Assembly (NCBI GenBank): GCA_003427395.1
Contig: BFEA01000003.1
Location: 3,292,671 to 3,356,670, forward strand
Source: Chara braunii
Lineage: Eukaryota > Plantae > Charophyceae
DNA length: 64,000 bases
Direction of reading: 5' to 3'
Translations under genes and position numbers: made by a program
In this document: positions 39,317-51,762 of the stretch, in pieces
Layout of the letters: every line of letters starts with the position of its first letter
Position numbering within the stretch: the stretch's first letter is position 1
Notes under the pieces: generated by a model
What the model was told of the DNA's origin: nothing
Seen by the model: only the letters and a program-made list of their open reading frames with translations
The model's database searches: none

Positions 39317-39833
39317 TGTTACGGACCTAGCCAGAGCTCGATCCCTGGTCCGCGTATTACCACCCACCAGGCTGTTATTCTATTTTTTTTGGAGTCTCTG
39401 ATCTCTAGTTCCTGACTGTTGGTGCCCTTTGCAGTTGGTGCCCGTTTTCAAATCCCGCCTCTGCCACTTTCGGATTTCGTACTTGGCGTCATCCGGCATT
39501 CTGGCGCCCAGGCTTGTACCTTCGATTTTCAGTTCAGCCCCGAGGCAAATTGCACTTTTGCCCCCGGACTCAACTTGAGTCGGTACTTCAGACCGGACTC
39601 AAGCTGAGTTCCGGGACTCAGTTTTCGGCCTCTGTGCTTGTGCTTCAGTATGACTTGCTGCGACATTGTGTACGGAACCAAGATTGCGACTTTGCGACTT
39701 TGCGACTTCGCCACTTTATGTCTGCGTCCGTCGAGTCGTGTTGGGTCCGTGTCGAGTTGAGTGAGTGTGTGTGTGCTCTCACTCCCTCCCTCTCTCTCCC
39801 CCAACTTCGCTGCTCTGCCTAAGCCCCGTCACA
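39317..39833 (+). repeat. 3' LTR (517 bp)
   Basis: TGTTACGGACCTAGCCAG...CCCCGTCACA, followed by the TSD TCACC. Confidence 0.92.
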
Positions 39834-39838
39834 TCACC

Positions 39839-40564
39839 TCTCTCTCTGTCTCTCTCTGTTTGTTTTTTTCTCTCTCTCTCTCTCTTTCTCTCTGTCCTCT
39901 TTTTATTTTTATTTTTATTAATCAATCACTCGATCAACTGATCAAGATCGATCGGATCTTGACTGGTTGATTGATTGATTCATTCATTGAATCAATCAAT
40001 CAACTAACCAATCAAGATGGATCAGATCTTGATTGGTTGATGGATTGATTGATCCATGGAATCAAGCAATTAAGATGGATCGGATCCTTCCTAGACTTTC
40101 CGCCCCCGCCGCTCCCCGATCAATTAATGAATCAACCCGATTGATTGATTTAATGTTTTTTTTAATTTTTCTTTTGGAAAAAAAACAGAGCGGCGGTTTT
40201 CCTCTGCCCATTTTGCCTTGCGCTCTCCTCCCCCCGTTGCCCCGACCTCGGCCGCGACCCTCTGCGCCGGCTCTCCACCACCGCACCTTCGTCCGCTCGT
40301 CGATGACAATCGCAACCCCCATCCCGATTACAACCTTGATCTCAATTCTCCCCGATCGGGTTATCCCATACACCCAATCAATCAATCAATCAAGGATTGA
40401 TTGATTGATTGATTGGCTTTTTTTTTTCCTTTGACAAATGAAAAAAACGGAGCGGCCGCTCTCCTCTGCCCCTTCCGCCGTTCGCTCTCCTCCCCCCAAG
40501 GAAGAGGAGCCTCAAGATCGCAGACAAATCGATCATTCATTCAATCAATCAATCAATCAATCAC

Positions 40565-40597
<33 letters not shown>

Positions 40598-40660
40598 TGC
40601 ATACGATTGTTTGATTGATTGACTAATTGATTGATTGACTAATTGATTGATTGAGTGACC
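39839..40660. repeat. (ATCA)n-rich complex repeat, right part
   Basis: Same modules as 31540-33133. Confidence 0.85.
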
Positions 40661-40670
40661 AACTTTTTTA

Positions 40671-41998
40671 TTGATAGGAAAAACAACGGTTTCCGTAAAG
40701 AGAAGAAAGAGTCGTGGTGTGAAAACTAATCCTTTGGGTTCCACCGAAGTGTCTGAGCCTACCTTGGCTGATAATCTGGTGGGACGCCAACCTATTGCTG
40801 ATGAAACTGAAACTCAAATTATGAGAGCGTTGAATACGCTCCCTACTGATGTACTTGGATCTCTTTCGTTTTGTCGACTGGTCGGTGGACTTGCACGTGT
40901 TCGTGATTTGTGTTCTCAATCTCAACGCAGTGAACGTGAAAGAGATGTTTGTGCGACATCCCAACCACAAAATCCTTAGGAGGTTATTGTGGTGCCCGAT
41001 GATAACGATGCACCCACAATCTGTGCTCCGAATCCGCTCGCTTACCTTGCGAGATGGTTCGATGATGCGAAGAAGGTTGACATGCAAAAAATCTTGACTG
41101 AGGTGTTTTTTGAATTTTTTGTCAAAACTGCAACAGTCGTAAAAGATGGACGGATATGAGAAAAGTTCCTTGACTGGCAGAGAAACAAACTCACTAATAT
41201 GCGGTTGGAATGATGATCACCTCTTCCGTCAAATCCGTTCAATGTTTTGGATATGGAGGCTTCTTCCATGTTACAATCGCTTTTGCACGATGAGTTCGTT
41301 GCTCTCTCTAATAAGGAGATTACTAGGATGACATTTGATTTGCCACATTGTCCGACAGAAGGGACCATTCCACATACCTTTCACAGATATTAACGAATAC
41401 AGAACCTTCTCAAAATGATTCCTCCCGTTGTTGCTTTTTTCACTCCTCATTCCGCTCCGGTCCGTAGACTACCCCTGCAAACAATATCTCCTCCAAGTTT
41501 TCAACGTCTTGCGGATTGTGCTTCACAATCCAATATACTTTTGTTGTTGTTTCTGCTTCGCCGACCGCTATGGATACTCCGTCTCTTGTCAGTTGTGTTG
41601 TGCCCGCTCTTACGTTATCAAGAGACCATCTGCATGTCCATACAAGACCCTTGGGACAACCAAGTTCTTTTAATTTTAACATTACTATATATGACTCTCT
41701 CGCATCTATTGGTCCCAAAAGGATACATGTGCACCTGTCCTATCTTGACAGTTCTCACATGATGCAAAATATTGTGCAAACAACAGAGGAATTGAATACG
41801 AGCATGAACACTTGGAGGTGTGTGGATGCTACAGTTCATCTCGATCACAATCGAAAAGGACAGGGTCGATTCGAAACTTTCGAGAAGTACGTCGCAAAGT
41901 GTTGCAACAAGTTTCTGTTCATGAGGTACTGCAAGAGTATCGTTCCAATGAAGGAAGTTGATTGGTCTTATAAGAGAGATTGGAAGAGAGAGAAATAA
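40671..41998 (+). pseudogene. Decayed coding sequence of unknown identity, possibly a transposon-borne Ulp1/C48 protease-like relic
   Basis: Protein-like composition continues in one frame through several stops from 40671. A downstream frame contains ITIYDSL, reminiscent of the C48 I.YYDSL motif. The catalytic His/Cys are not recognisable. Confidence 0.3.
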
Positions 41999-42130
41999 AT
42001 CTTGAGATGTTGATTGGGCGATCGTCCAGACCTTGCCTTAATGACATATTTTGAGATGGTCGTCTTCGGTTTCGGGCTGATAAGAAGAGAGAGGCAAATA
42101 AATGAAAGAGAGGGGGGGCGGGGGGGGGGG

Positions 42131-42207
<77 letters not shown>

Positions 42208-42470
42208 TGTGTTTTTAAAGTGAAGGTGGATTCCACTACGTAATAACTGTGCCTTCATCATACTGCGCCCACTTGCTGACTTTAATGGAACGAAAAATCT
42301 TCATATAAAACTTTTTTTTCTTTGTATGCTCGTGTTGCTTTTTCTTTATTCTTTGATCTTTTCCTTTTTTTTTTTTTTTTTTTGAATTTTCAATCTGTCA
42401 TTTTTTTAATTCATTAATTAAGCTCAGACTTTGAAGTCGATCTTAGGCTATTCTTTATTACCGTTTGATT

Positions 42471-42564
<94 letters not shown>

Positions 42565-42827
42565 TTTGTCTGAGTTTATGCGAGTGGTCCGTGTGAGGTC
42601 ACCTACAACATTTATTACTTCTGTGGGCATCGTCGGCGCTTAGCTAGTTGAATTGGTTGGGCTTAAAAAAAAAGAAAAACCCTTCATCCCGCCCTTTCTG
42701 CAGCCATAATGTGTACTGGCAATGCCCCTCAATATCAAGGAAGACCTTGCTACGGATGAGGCCACTCAGTTTGGTTGCAAAGCAGGGGTTCGATGAGTGG
42801 TAGGTGATCTCTCTCTCTCTCATGTGG

Positions 42828-42932
42828 TGTGTGTTGTCATGTTAGGTGTACACAACTCCAGAGAAAAAGCATGACCATGACATACTGTTTCGTTGAACTT
42901 CCTGGTGCGTACGTGCGAGCGCGCGAGCGCGC

Positions 42933-42969
<37 letters not shown>

Positions 42970-43490
42970 GTCATATTCGCTATACACAAAAAAAAAGCAC
43001 GACTGTGCCAGACTGTTTCGTCGGACTTTCATCGACTCATGAGGAGGTTGAACCCTGACAGTCTGCCCAGGATGCATTTGACTGATGGATAAAGACTCAC
43101 CACATCACGCAGAGTTAGCGATACCCCTAAGAAAAGTGATTGGCTTTACTCGCCCTAACCCTGCAATCCCACCACACACTATCGGTACAAACCCCGCACA
43201 AGAATGACAAAAAGTTTGGTGCGTGTGTGTTGTGACTGTTCGCCATACACAACTCCACAAAAAAACCATGACTGTGCCATCCAGACTGTTTCGTCGGACT
43301 TTCACTGACTCATCTGGAGTTCGAAGCCCAACGTGTGTGTGTGTGTTGTGTGGTATTATATCCTCCAGAGTCTATACATAACTCCACGGAGAAAAACATG
43401 ATCCTTCCAGACAGTGTGTGTGTGTGTGTTGTCATATTCGCTATACACTAAAAAAAAGCATGACTGTGCCAGACTGTTTCGTCGGACTTT
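42828..43490 (+). repeat. Dispersed tandem module, about 5 copies
   Basis: (GT)n-TGTCATATTCGCTATACAC...AAAAAGCATGACTGTGCCAGACTGTTTCGTCGGACTTT and variants at about 42830, 42965, 43225, 43340 and 43425. Confidence 0.8.
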
Positions 43491-43879
43491 GTGTGTGTGT
43501 GTGTGTTTGTATGTGCGCGTGCAAATGTTTGAATAGCTTTAGACGGATCCCAATTTTCCTGACGTCCAGATCGGTCGCCCAGTCTGACCGTTCATCGCTG
43601 ACGTCATCCACTCTGCCGATGAACCTCTCATTTCGAAACCAATCAATTACTCCCTGATCAATTACTCCCTGACGTGTCAAGAATTTGGGCCTCGCTCCAG
43701 CAGTCACCACAATGTGCAAAATGAGAATGAATTTTCCACTATAACATGGAAAGATGCATTGCCATAATTTGTCTTTCTGAATGTGGTGAGTGGTGGAAGG
43801 AGTCTCTTTGAATATAGTGAGGAGGGGAGGAAGGGTTTCCAGGTGAGACATGCCACGTGTATGTGGGTTGGAGAAGCAG

Positions 43880-43911
<32 letters not shown>

Positions 43912-44261
43912 NNNNNNNNNNNNNNNNNNNNNNNNNNNNNNNNNNNNNNNNNNNNNNNNNNNNNNNNNNNNNNNNNNNNNNNNNNNNNNNNNNNNNNNNN
44001 NNNNNNNNNNNNNNNNNNNNNNNNNNNNNNNNNNNNNNNNNNNNNNNNNNNNNNNNNNNNNNNNNNNNNNNNNNNNNNNNNNNNNNNNNNNNNNNNNNNN
44101 NNNNNNNNNNNNNNNNNNNNNNNNNNNNNNNNNNNNNNNNNNNNNNNNNNNNNNNNNNNNNNNNNNNNNNNNNNNNNNNNNNNNNNNNNNNNNNNNNNNN
44201 NNNNNNNNNNNNNNNNNNNNNNNNNNNNNNNNNNNNNNNNNNNNNNNNNNNNNNNNNNNNN

Positions 44262-44311
<50 letters not shown>

Positions 44312-44563
44312 ATTTGCTGCTGTATGCTTACCCTTCCCGTTTCGCGCCGGTCTTACCTCTGCTCGGTTTACTCCCCTATCGTCTGAGTGTTGTCATCCCA
44401 CTCGTATTGCCCAACGTTTTTTCAACTTTATTTTCTTAAAAACCGACGGTCCACCTTGATATTCGCAAGGAGAAAAACAGCAGCAAACCAGTTTGAACTC
44501 TCTCGCCCCCCCTGCCCTCCCGTCCCCTGCTTTTCTCTCCTTCCTCTCCGCATGCGAAGCCGA

Positions 44564-44652
<89 letters not shown>

Positions 44653-45189
44653 AAAGGCATCTTGGTTCTCTTCTTTTTCTTTGTCTTCTTCTTTAGTTTA
44701 ATTTACTCTTCCGTAAGTTCCGTTTCATTAAAAAAAACTGTGTCAAAAAGACTGTGGTGTGCGATTCAAAAAAGGACTGTTGTGTAACCTGTGTGCAAAA
44801 CGGTTTTGTTTTTCTGCAATGCCGTTCAGAAACTTGAACGTGAACTTGACTTTGCAGACTTTGCAGACATGAAAGTCTACAAATGTCCCTGCAAAAACAC
44901 CCCATCAACCCCACAAGCCACAACCCGTTCCCCAACATACAACCCCCCCGCCCCCCGCCCCCCGCCACACACACAGAAAAAGAGGATAACCCAAACAGCT
45001 GGAAACATCGTGTTTTTGCAGCTGTTTACGGGTGTCCGGAGCTCGCCCAGGAAAGTCCTGCGTAAAGTTTCTCAGAAAACTCAGCCGATGGGCTACAGCC
45101 CACCTGTCGGCAGTCATCTGCTGATCGGTCGGTGGTCGGCCTCGACTGTAGGCTGCCATGCAACCCTGATCGAATCAATCAATCAATAC

Positions 45190-46030
45190 ATGCATGTTAC
45201 TTTCTTTCCATCCTTCCTGTTGTCCTTATTCCACTTCCCTCCTTTCATCTTTGCCTTTGCATCCTTCCTTCCAATCTTCTTTCCTGCCATCCTTTCTTCC
45301 TTACGTCACTTCTATCCTTATTTTCATCCTTTCAATTCCATCCTTATTTCCATCTTCTTTCCTTCCTTACTTCCCTCCTTACTCCACTTCAATCCACTTC
45401 TATCCTTTCACTTCCATCCTTATTTCCATCCTTCTTGCCTTACCTCATTTCCATCCTTATTTCCATCCTTCTTGCCTACCTCATTTCCATTCTTACTTCC
45501 CTCTTTACTCTCATCCTTGCTTCCTTCCATTCTCAAGTTCCATCGTTATTTCCATCCTCACTTCATTGCTTCACTCCCCTCCCTTACTTCCGTTCTCACT
45601 GCCCTCTTTACTTCCATCCTTACTTCCCTGCTTCACTCCCATCCTTACTTCCCTGCCTCATTCCCATCCTTACTTCCCTGCTTCACTCCCATTCTTACTG
45701 CCATTCTTGCTTCGCTTCACTTCCATCCTGATTTTGATCCTTACTTCCTTACTTCTTTGCTGCCTTTCCTCACTTCCATCCTTACTTCATTGCTTCAGTC
45801 TCATCCTTGATTCACTTCCATCCCTACTCCCATCCTTCCTCCCTTTCTTCAAACCATCCTTACTTCATTTTCCTCCCTACTTCACTTGCATCCTTACTCC
45901 CCTTTATACTTACTTCCATCCCTATGTCCTTGTTTCAATTCCATCCTTACACTCTCCCTTATCCCTTTACCCCATTACCCCTTACCCTTAACCCTTCACC
46001 CCTTAACCCCTTACCCCCTCAACCCCTTCC
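45190..46030. repeat. Pyrimidine-rich degenerate minisatellite (CTTCCATCCTTA-like) grading into CCCTTA/CCCCTTA units
   Basis: Directly visible. Confidence 0.85.
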
Positions 46031-46801
46031 CTCCTTAAGTTCCTTCCTCTGTCCGTCACCCACAAGCAGGAGGGCAGGAAGATGGACAGAAAGGCATAAT
46101 TTTGAGGCATGTTCGTCTATTGATATATCGACTGATCCAGTCCCATTGTTGTATGTATCTGGTTGTCGATCTGCGCGGGTTCATAAATAGGTTCTAAGAT
46201 CATTCTAAGAACTTGTGGGCGGGTGGCACACTGGTGGAACCTCAGCAACACAAGTATGGCTTATACATACGGGACTTATGGCGGCATTCATCTACAACTG
46301 GGCAGTTGGGGATGCATTGGGTTGATGGCAGTGATTTGCAGTCAAGCTTAAATCCCTGGCAGCTTATCCACACACGGAGGTGCCCCCCTTTTCATTGCCA
46401 AGCGGTTTCTAGTGATGGTAGGGGCCTTAAAAAAAAAGCAAAAAAAAAAGGTTGGTAAGGGCCGCAGGATGGTAGCAGAACTGGAAGCAGACAACAATTA
46501 CTGTGTTATGAAGGGTGAGAGGAGTGAGCTGAGTTGGGGGGGGTGTTGTTTTGAAAGGGGGTGAAAGTTGACCTCTGTGGAAGCATTATAAAGGGTATGA
46601 AGAGTTGATAGGGGTCTATAAAAAAGAGGGTTGATAGGGGCCTAAAAGAAATAATAAAAAAAATGGGGTTGGTAGAGGCGTTTGGATGGTAACGGTGGGG
46701 GTGTTGTTTTGAAGAATGCGAAGACCGATTTCTATGGAAGCATTTTTTTCTGCAGCGAATGAGAGAGTGGCCTCTGCGGGAGCATTTTGAGAGGTTGTAG
46801 A

Positions 46802-49800
46802 ATGGAGGCGGTTGGACACATGGGGGCAAGGTCTGCGTCTGCATTAGCAAGGTCTCTGCACAGCAGAAATGGAGAGACCTGTGGCCATCATCGCCGCAGT
46901 GGGAGCTGCGGCTGCGTCCAACTTCTGCACTCTGTAGCAGCTGCTTGTCGTGCCCAGCCGTGGTCCTGGCAGAAAAGCAGGCAGACACTGTCGGGAGGCT
47001 TACCAGATGTGAAGAAGCTAGTTCATATGCAGAGGACGAGAAGTAAGATGGAAAGCGAAAGGGAAACCAAAAAAAAAAGAGGTATAGGAATACTAGGAGT
47101 GATTAAAGGAAAAGAGGGAGCAAAACGCGATGACGATCTTTGGATAGGATTGATGAGCAATGAGGAAGTACAGACGAGGTTGACGAAACAGTCATGGAGA
47201 GTTTCTGCGACGGAGTCCGTTGTCGATCGCAGTAATGACAATTCAGAAGGACCAGGATCAACCACATCCAGGAGCCAGTATCGGGTCTCTAGCAACGACT
47301 TTGTGCAGAGAGATGATGGATGGTTGGAGAAGCAGCAGCAGCAGCAGCAGCAGGAACAGGAACAGAAGAATAAGAAGAGTGAGCAGGCACATCATGGGGT
47401 GCTGCCGAGTAGTGACAGGCTATGGAGCAAACGGAGAAGGAAAGAGGAGAAAAGGCAACATAGCTGGTTGGTTGAGACAGTCATCCGCGTAGTCAAGAAT
47501 GCAAGATTGCTCTTGTTGGAAGAAACGTTGGGAAGGGTCAAACTGAAGAGGGCACTAAGAAAGTATCAGAACATGCTGGGTCCGAGAGAGTTGTGTATAG
47601 TACTCAAATCGCTTGACGACTGCAAAGAGGCTGCCATATTTTTTCAGTGGATGAAGAGTGTGCCGTATTACAGGCCAGACCTGTTTGCATACACAATTAT
47701 GATTGCTGCGTACGCGAGAGATGGGAAGATGGCAGATGCAGAAAGGCTTAAGCAGGAAATGGAACGACATGGTTTCTTGCCGGATGCGATCACATTTGGG
47801 TCGTTAATTTTGGGATATGGACGGCAAGGTATGCTGGCTGACGCAGAGAGACTTTACATCGAGATGAGGGCGAAGGAATTCGTACCCGACACTCGGACAT
47901 ACACAACCTTAATGAACTTGTACTCCAAGGCAGGTCGGTGTAATGATGCCATGACAGTGTTCTGGGGGATGGAAGCTGGTATCGCAGTGAAGAGGGGGGC
48001 AACGGCAGTGACAACGATGAAAGCAACAATTACTACTGCTGCTACTGCTACTGCTACTGCTACTGCTACTACTACTTGTCTTCATCATAGTATTAATGAG
48101 CGTATGGAGGCGGATGCACTTGTGGTAAATGCAAAGGCAGGAGGGACTGTCAAAGATATCACAGATTTGCATTTGCATTTGAGAAAGGACAAATGGGATG
48201 ATGTCGGAGGCCATGGAGAGGTTGGGGGGACTGCTCTGCCATCCCCTTCAGTGGGCAGAAGGACTAGTGTTCCTTCGTTGTTGACGTATTGCATTGCCCT
48301 GGAAGCATGCCGAAGCGGGAAAATGTATGCACAAGGTGTCCGTGTGTTTGAGAGGCTGCTGCTCAGAGGGATAAAGCCTGATGCTGCGGCGTTCACGACA
48401 GGGATGAACTTGTACATGAAGACAGGACAACATCGGAAAGGAGAGAAGGTATACCAACTTTACAAGAGCTGGGGAAGGTCTCCGAGCACCTCCATGTATA
48501 GCACAATGATAAACCTTTATGGCCAGATTGGCGAGTTCGGCGCTGCTGGAATGATCTGTGAAGAGATGAGGCGATCTGGATGCGAGCTTGATGAGCCTGC
48601 ATATTGCACTATGCTGCAATTGTACGGAAGAACAAACCAGGTGGATGCAGCTATGGAACTTTTTGAAAACATGAGGAAATTAGGAAAAGCGATGAACCCC
48701 AAAACATGGGTTACTATGATGAGCATATGTGAGAGAACAGGACGGTACGAGGATGTCTGGCGTGTCTTCGATGAATCTCAGAAGCATTGTGCTGATGTTG
48801 ACGGTGGCAGTAAGATCTGTGAAAACCCACATGCTTACTCTGTGCTCCTGAGGGCCTATGCTAAAGGGGGGCGAGTTGGCGAAATAGTGAGCATGTTGAA
48901 GGAGGACAAAGGAGATGGAGGGCTGCTTAGCCTAGCAGGAGGAGGACCCAAGGGTTCATTTGCTGGCGTGCGGCCTGACCGTGTGATGCTGGGGGGACTC
49001 CTTCATGCGCTTGTGCAGGCAGGACACTGCGACGAAGCCAGCACCTTGGCCGAGGAGATTAGGACATCCGGGTTGGAGCTTGACATTCCTTTGTATATTT
49101 CGTTGGCGAAGTTGTATGTCAAGATGGGGCGACACCAGGATGCGATTGATTTGTATGAGGGGATGAAGACTGTCGGGATTCGCGTGTGTCCAGCAATGGC
49201 AGACATCATGATTCACATGCACGCTCAGCTGCATCAGTTTGATAAGGTGGAGAGTGTCTTCCGTGATGCGGATGTGCATGATAGGTCTCTATGGATGACG
49301 ATGGCGAACGCGTATGGTGGGGCAGGGAGGTGGAAAGACTGCGAGGGCCTGTTGGAGCGAATAAGGAATGAGACAGGCACAGTTCCGTGGACAGGGATTC
49401 TAAACAGGGTGATGAAAGTGTTGATGGAAGCAGGCGAATACGAGAGAGCAAAGCTCATTGCTCGCTTGATGAAAAGGCAGCGCATCCATGAGATGGATGT
49501 GGAAAGCCTTGCACTTTTGGTGGAGCTGCATGTACGTGATGGAAGGCCGGATCGTGCCGTGCGAGCATGGGAGCGTTCCAAATTGGACGGCCGGGAAATA
49601 CGCACTCACACATACAATCTGATCATCAAGGCACTAGGGGACGGCGAAAGGCTTCAAGAAGCGATGCGTGTATTTGAGGAGATGGAAGCTCTGGGTGTAA
49701 AACCTGACGCAGTGACCTGCAGCACAGTCTTGGATGTGTACGGCAAGGCTGGCTTGCTGGAAAGTGGCGCCGCATTGGTCAATCGTCTCAGGAAAGAACA

Positions 49801-50827
49801 TAAGGTGGATCTTGATCCCCCAGTTTTCAACACTCTTATCAAATGGTACCTGAAGGGTGGAAACAAGAGGAAAGCAAAGGAAATACTGAAACACATGGAG
49901 GATGGAAAGCTGCCACCGCCTTCCCAAGCGACGTATACGACTTTGATATGCCATTTTGCAAAAAAGGGTCTTTGCAAAGAAGCTCTCAATATGCATAGGC
50001 GGATGGTCGGCAGAGGCATGAAAGGGGATGATGTTGGAAGCTGGGTGTCGCTGATTCATTGCTGCAATAGATCACGTGAACCTGAGATCGCTCAGAGAGC
50101 AGTCAAACTCTTTGACGGAATGGTTGCAGCGGGGCACCGCCCTCCAAAATGTGTGTTCACTGCCCTTGTCAACATTCATGGGCGAGCCGGCAATACTGAA
50201 AAGGCGGAAGAAGCCTTCAGAGAGATGGAAAAGGAAGGGCATGTAGCTGATGACGTAGCTTATCTGTCTCTGATGAATGCATACGTGATTGGCAAGCAGT
50301 GTGCTAAGGCTGATGCACTTCTGACGCTGATGCGTCAGGCAGGCATTCAGCCTGACGTACGGCATTACACAGCAGTTATGGTGGCCTACGGAAGATGTGG
50401 GCTCATGGGGTCAGCAATTGAAATGTGGGAGAAGATGGCGAGAGACGGCTGTTCGAGAGATGTTGCAGCCTACAGAGCCATCATGGCACTCTGTGCACAG
50501 GCTGGAAGGGTTGGAAAAATTCAACAGCTGTGGAGGGAGATGGAGGAAGCGGGTGTTTCGGTCGATAACAAGTTGTATCGGAACGTTGTGCAGGTTTTAA
50601 AGAGAGCAGGAATAAGCAAAGACGTTCTTGACATGGAAGGTCGGAGGACTGAGGATCATCCAGCAACACACTCAACTCCTTCACGCACTCCTGGAGGAGA
50701 GTGCGTTTCAAATTCTGTGCCTGTTTCTGGGACGAATCAATTGAGCGCGGGGGTAGAAATCATGAGAGAGAGTGAGGGAATGATCGCAGAAACTTTGATC
50801 GAAGCTTTTCTGGATTTTGCAGAGTGA
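46802..50827 (+). CDS. P-class pentatricopeptide repeat protein (about 1340 aa), probably organelle-targeted
   Basis: Uninterrupted 4-kb ORF with roughly 20 or more 35-aa motifs (e.g. PDLFAYTIMIAAYARDGKMADAERLKQEMERHGFL, PDVRHYTAVMVAYGRCGLMGSAIEMWEKMARDGCS). First ATGs at 46802 and 46820; Ser/Arg/Ala-rich N-terminus; no E/DYW or SMR tail seen. Confidence 0.95.
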   Translation: MEAVGHMGARSASALARSLHSRNGETCGHHRRSGSCGCVQLLHSVAAACRAQPWSWQKSRQTLSGGLPDVKKLVHMQRTRSKMESERETKKKRGIGILGVIKGKEGAKRDDDLWIGLMSNEEVQTRLTKQSWRVSATESVVDRSNDNSEGPGSTTSRSQYRVSSNDFVQRDDGWLEKQQQQQQQEQEQKNKKSEQAHHGVLPSSDRLWSKRRRKEEKRQHSWLVETVIRVVKNARLLLLEETLGRVKLKRALRKYQNMLGPRELCIVLKSLDDCKEAAIFFQWMKSVPYYRPDLFAYTIMIAAYARDGKMADAERLKQEMERHGFLPDAITFGSLILGYGRQGMLADAERLYIEMRAKEFVPDTRTYTTLMNLYSKAGRCNDAMTVFWGMEAGIAVKRGATAVTTMKATITTAATATATATATTTCLHHSINERMEADALVVNAKAGGTVKDITDLHLHLRKDKWDDVGGHGEVGGTALPSPSVGRRTSVPSLLTYCIALEACRSGKMYAQGVRVFERLLLRGIKPDAAAFTTGMNLYMKTGQHRKGEKVYQLYKSWGRSPSTSMYSTMINLYGQIGEFGAAGMICEEMRRSGCELDEPAYCTMLQLYGRTNQVDAAMELFENMRKLGKAMNPKTWVTMMSICERTGRYEDVWRVFDESQKHCADVDGGSKICENPHAYSVLLRAYAKGGRVGEIVSMLKEDKGDGGLLSLAGGGPKGSFAGVRPDRVMLGGLLHALVQAGHCDEASTLAEEIRTSGLELDIPLYISLAKLYVKMGRHQDAIDLYEGMKTVGIRVCPAMADIMIHMHAQLHQFDKVESVFRDADVHDRSLWMTMANAYGGAGRWKDCEGLLERIRNETGTVPWTGILNRVMKVLMEAGEYERAKLIARLMKRQRIHEMDVESLALLVELHVRDGRPDRAVRAWERSKLDGREIRTHTYNLIIKALGDGERLQEAMRVFEEMEALGVKPDAVTCSTVLDVYGKAGLLESGAALVNRLRKEHKVDLDPPVFNTLIKWYLKGGNKRKAKEILKHMEDGKLPPPSQATYTTLICHFAKKGLCKEALNMHRRMVGRGMKGDDVGSWVSLIHCCNRSREPEIAQRAVKLFDGMVAAGHRPPKCVFTALVNIHGRAGNTEKAEEAFREMEKEGHVADDVAYLSLMNAYVIGKQCAKADALLTLMRQAGIQPDVRHYTAVMVAYGRCGLMGSAIEMWEKMARDGCSRDVAAYRAIMALCAQAGRVGKIQQLWREMEEAGVSVDNKLYRNVVQVLKRAGISKDVLDMEGRRTEDHPATHSTPSRTPGGECVSNSVPVSGTNQLSAGVEIMRESEGMIAETLIEAFLDFAE

Positions 50828-51657
50828 GTGGAGACAGGGCGGGCACTAGGTAGGTAGGTAGGTAGGTAGGTAGGTAGGTAGGTAGGTAGGTAGGTAGGTA
50901 GGGGAGAATCACCTACCATCTCGCTCTCCACTCCTTGGTTTTCTTCCCCCACCCCTCTTCTGTCTTGCAGATGGTGACTTTCTCTTCCACCTTCAGCCGA
51001 GAGAGAAGCAGCAAGGGAGAATGGAAGGTGCCACCATGGCCGTCGCTCCGTGGGATACGTATGAGGAGCTTGCTAGATAGCATTGCGCACTAACTTAACG
51101 TTAGCCTTGTTAGTTTTCGTTTAACACCCCCCCGCCCCCTCTTTACAGGGAGAGTCGGTCGGGATGTTGTTGCCAATCGATCAATTTGTCATTTTTTATC
51201 TAATTGGAGATTCTGAGGTGAAAGTTCCGTGAAACCAATGCTCTGAACCCCTTATCTGGCAATTCATCATGTGATTCCATTTACTGGGAATACTTCCTTG
51301 GACTCTTGGAGTTCATTTATTCCTTGCTGTGTTGTTCTTTTTTTTTTTTGTTTGTTTTCTTTTTACTTGCTGTGTTGATTGACTAGTAATGACTACGTTA
51401 TTCGCCCGAATAGTAAGTATGACAGAGTAGTCATGCCAACACTTGCCACCCCTTGATTGGTCGGCAACCAACCAGCCAACCAATCCGCGCATCACCACCT
51501 ACCGGTCGGCTGCCAGTCAGCAACCCCCCCCCCACCATAAAAAAAAAAAAAGAAAAAAGAAAAGAGAAGTGGGACCAGCATACCCCTCCTGGGCCCTGAC
51601 AGAATTTTCTCAGCGGATTGGGGCTGCACTCAGCAAGCGCAGTTCAGCCCCGAGATA

Positions 51658-51762
51658 CCTTCTTCCCCTGAATACAACGTACGGTCATTATAGCTGTATC
51701 TAGAGTGAAATATGCCTCAAATACAGCTATAATGACCGTACGTTGTACTCGGGGGAAGAAGG
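51658..51762. mobile_element. 105-bp palindromic MITE-like hairpin flanked by TA
   Basis: CCTTCTTCCCCTGAATACAACGTACGGTCATTATAGCTGTAT pairs with ATACAGCTATAATGACCGTACGTTGTACTCGGGGGAAGAAGG; TA on both sides. Confidence 0.7.

Larger units (their letters stand above)
33139..39833 (+). mobile_element. Ty3/gypsy chromovirus-type LTR retrotransposon, non-autonomous (PR/RT/RNase H absent)
   Basis: Two homologous TG...CA LTRs, a 5-bp TSD TCACC (33134-33138 and 39834-39838), PBS, PPT, gag with a CCHC knuckle, and an integrase core followed by GPF and a chromodomain. Confidence 0.95.

Noticed and set aside
44791-45991. 339-aa and overlapping hydrophobic ORFs
   Set aside because: Open in all three frames because of a G-poor minisatellite.
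45955-46030. Interstitial telomere
   Set aside because: The CCCTTA/CCCCTTA units are irregular, do not match TTTAGGG, and blend into the adjacent minisatellite.
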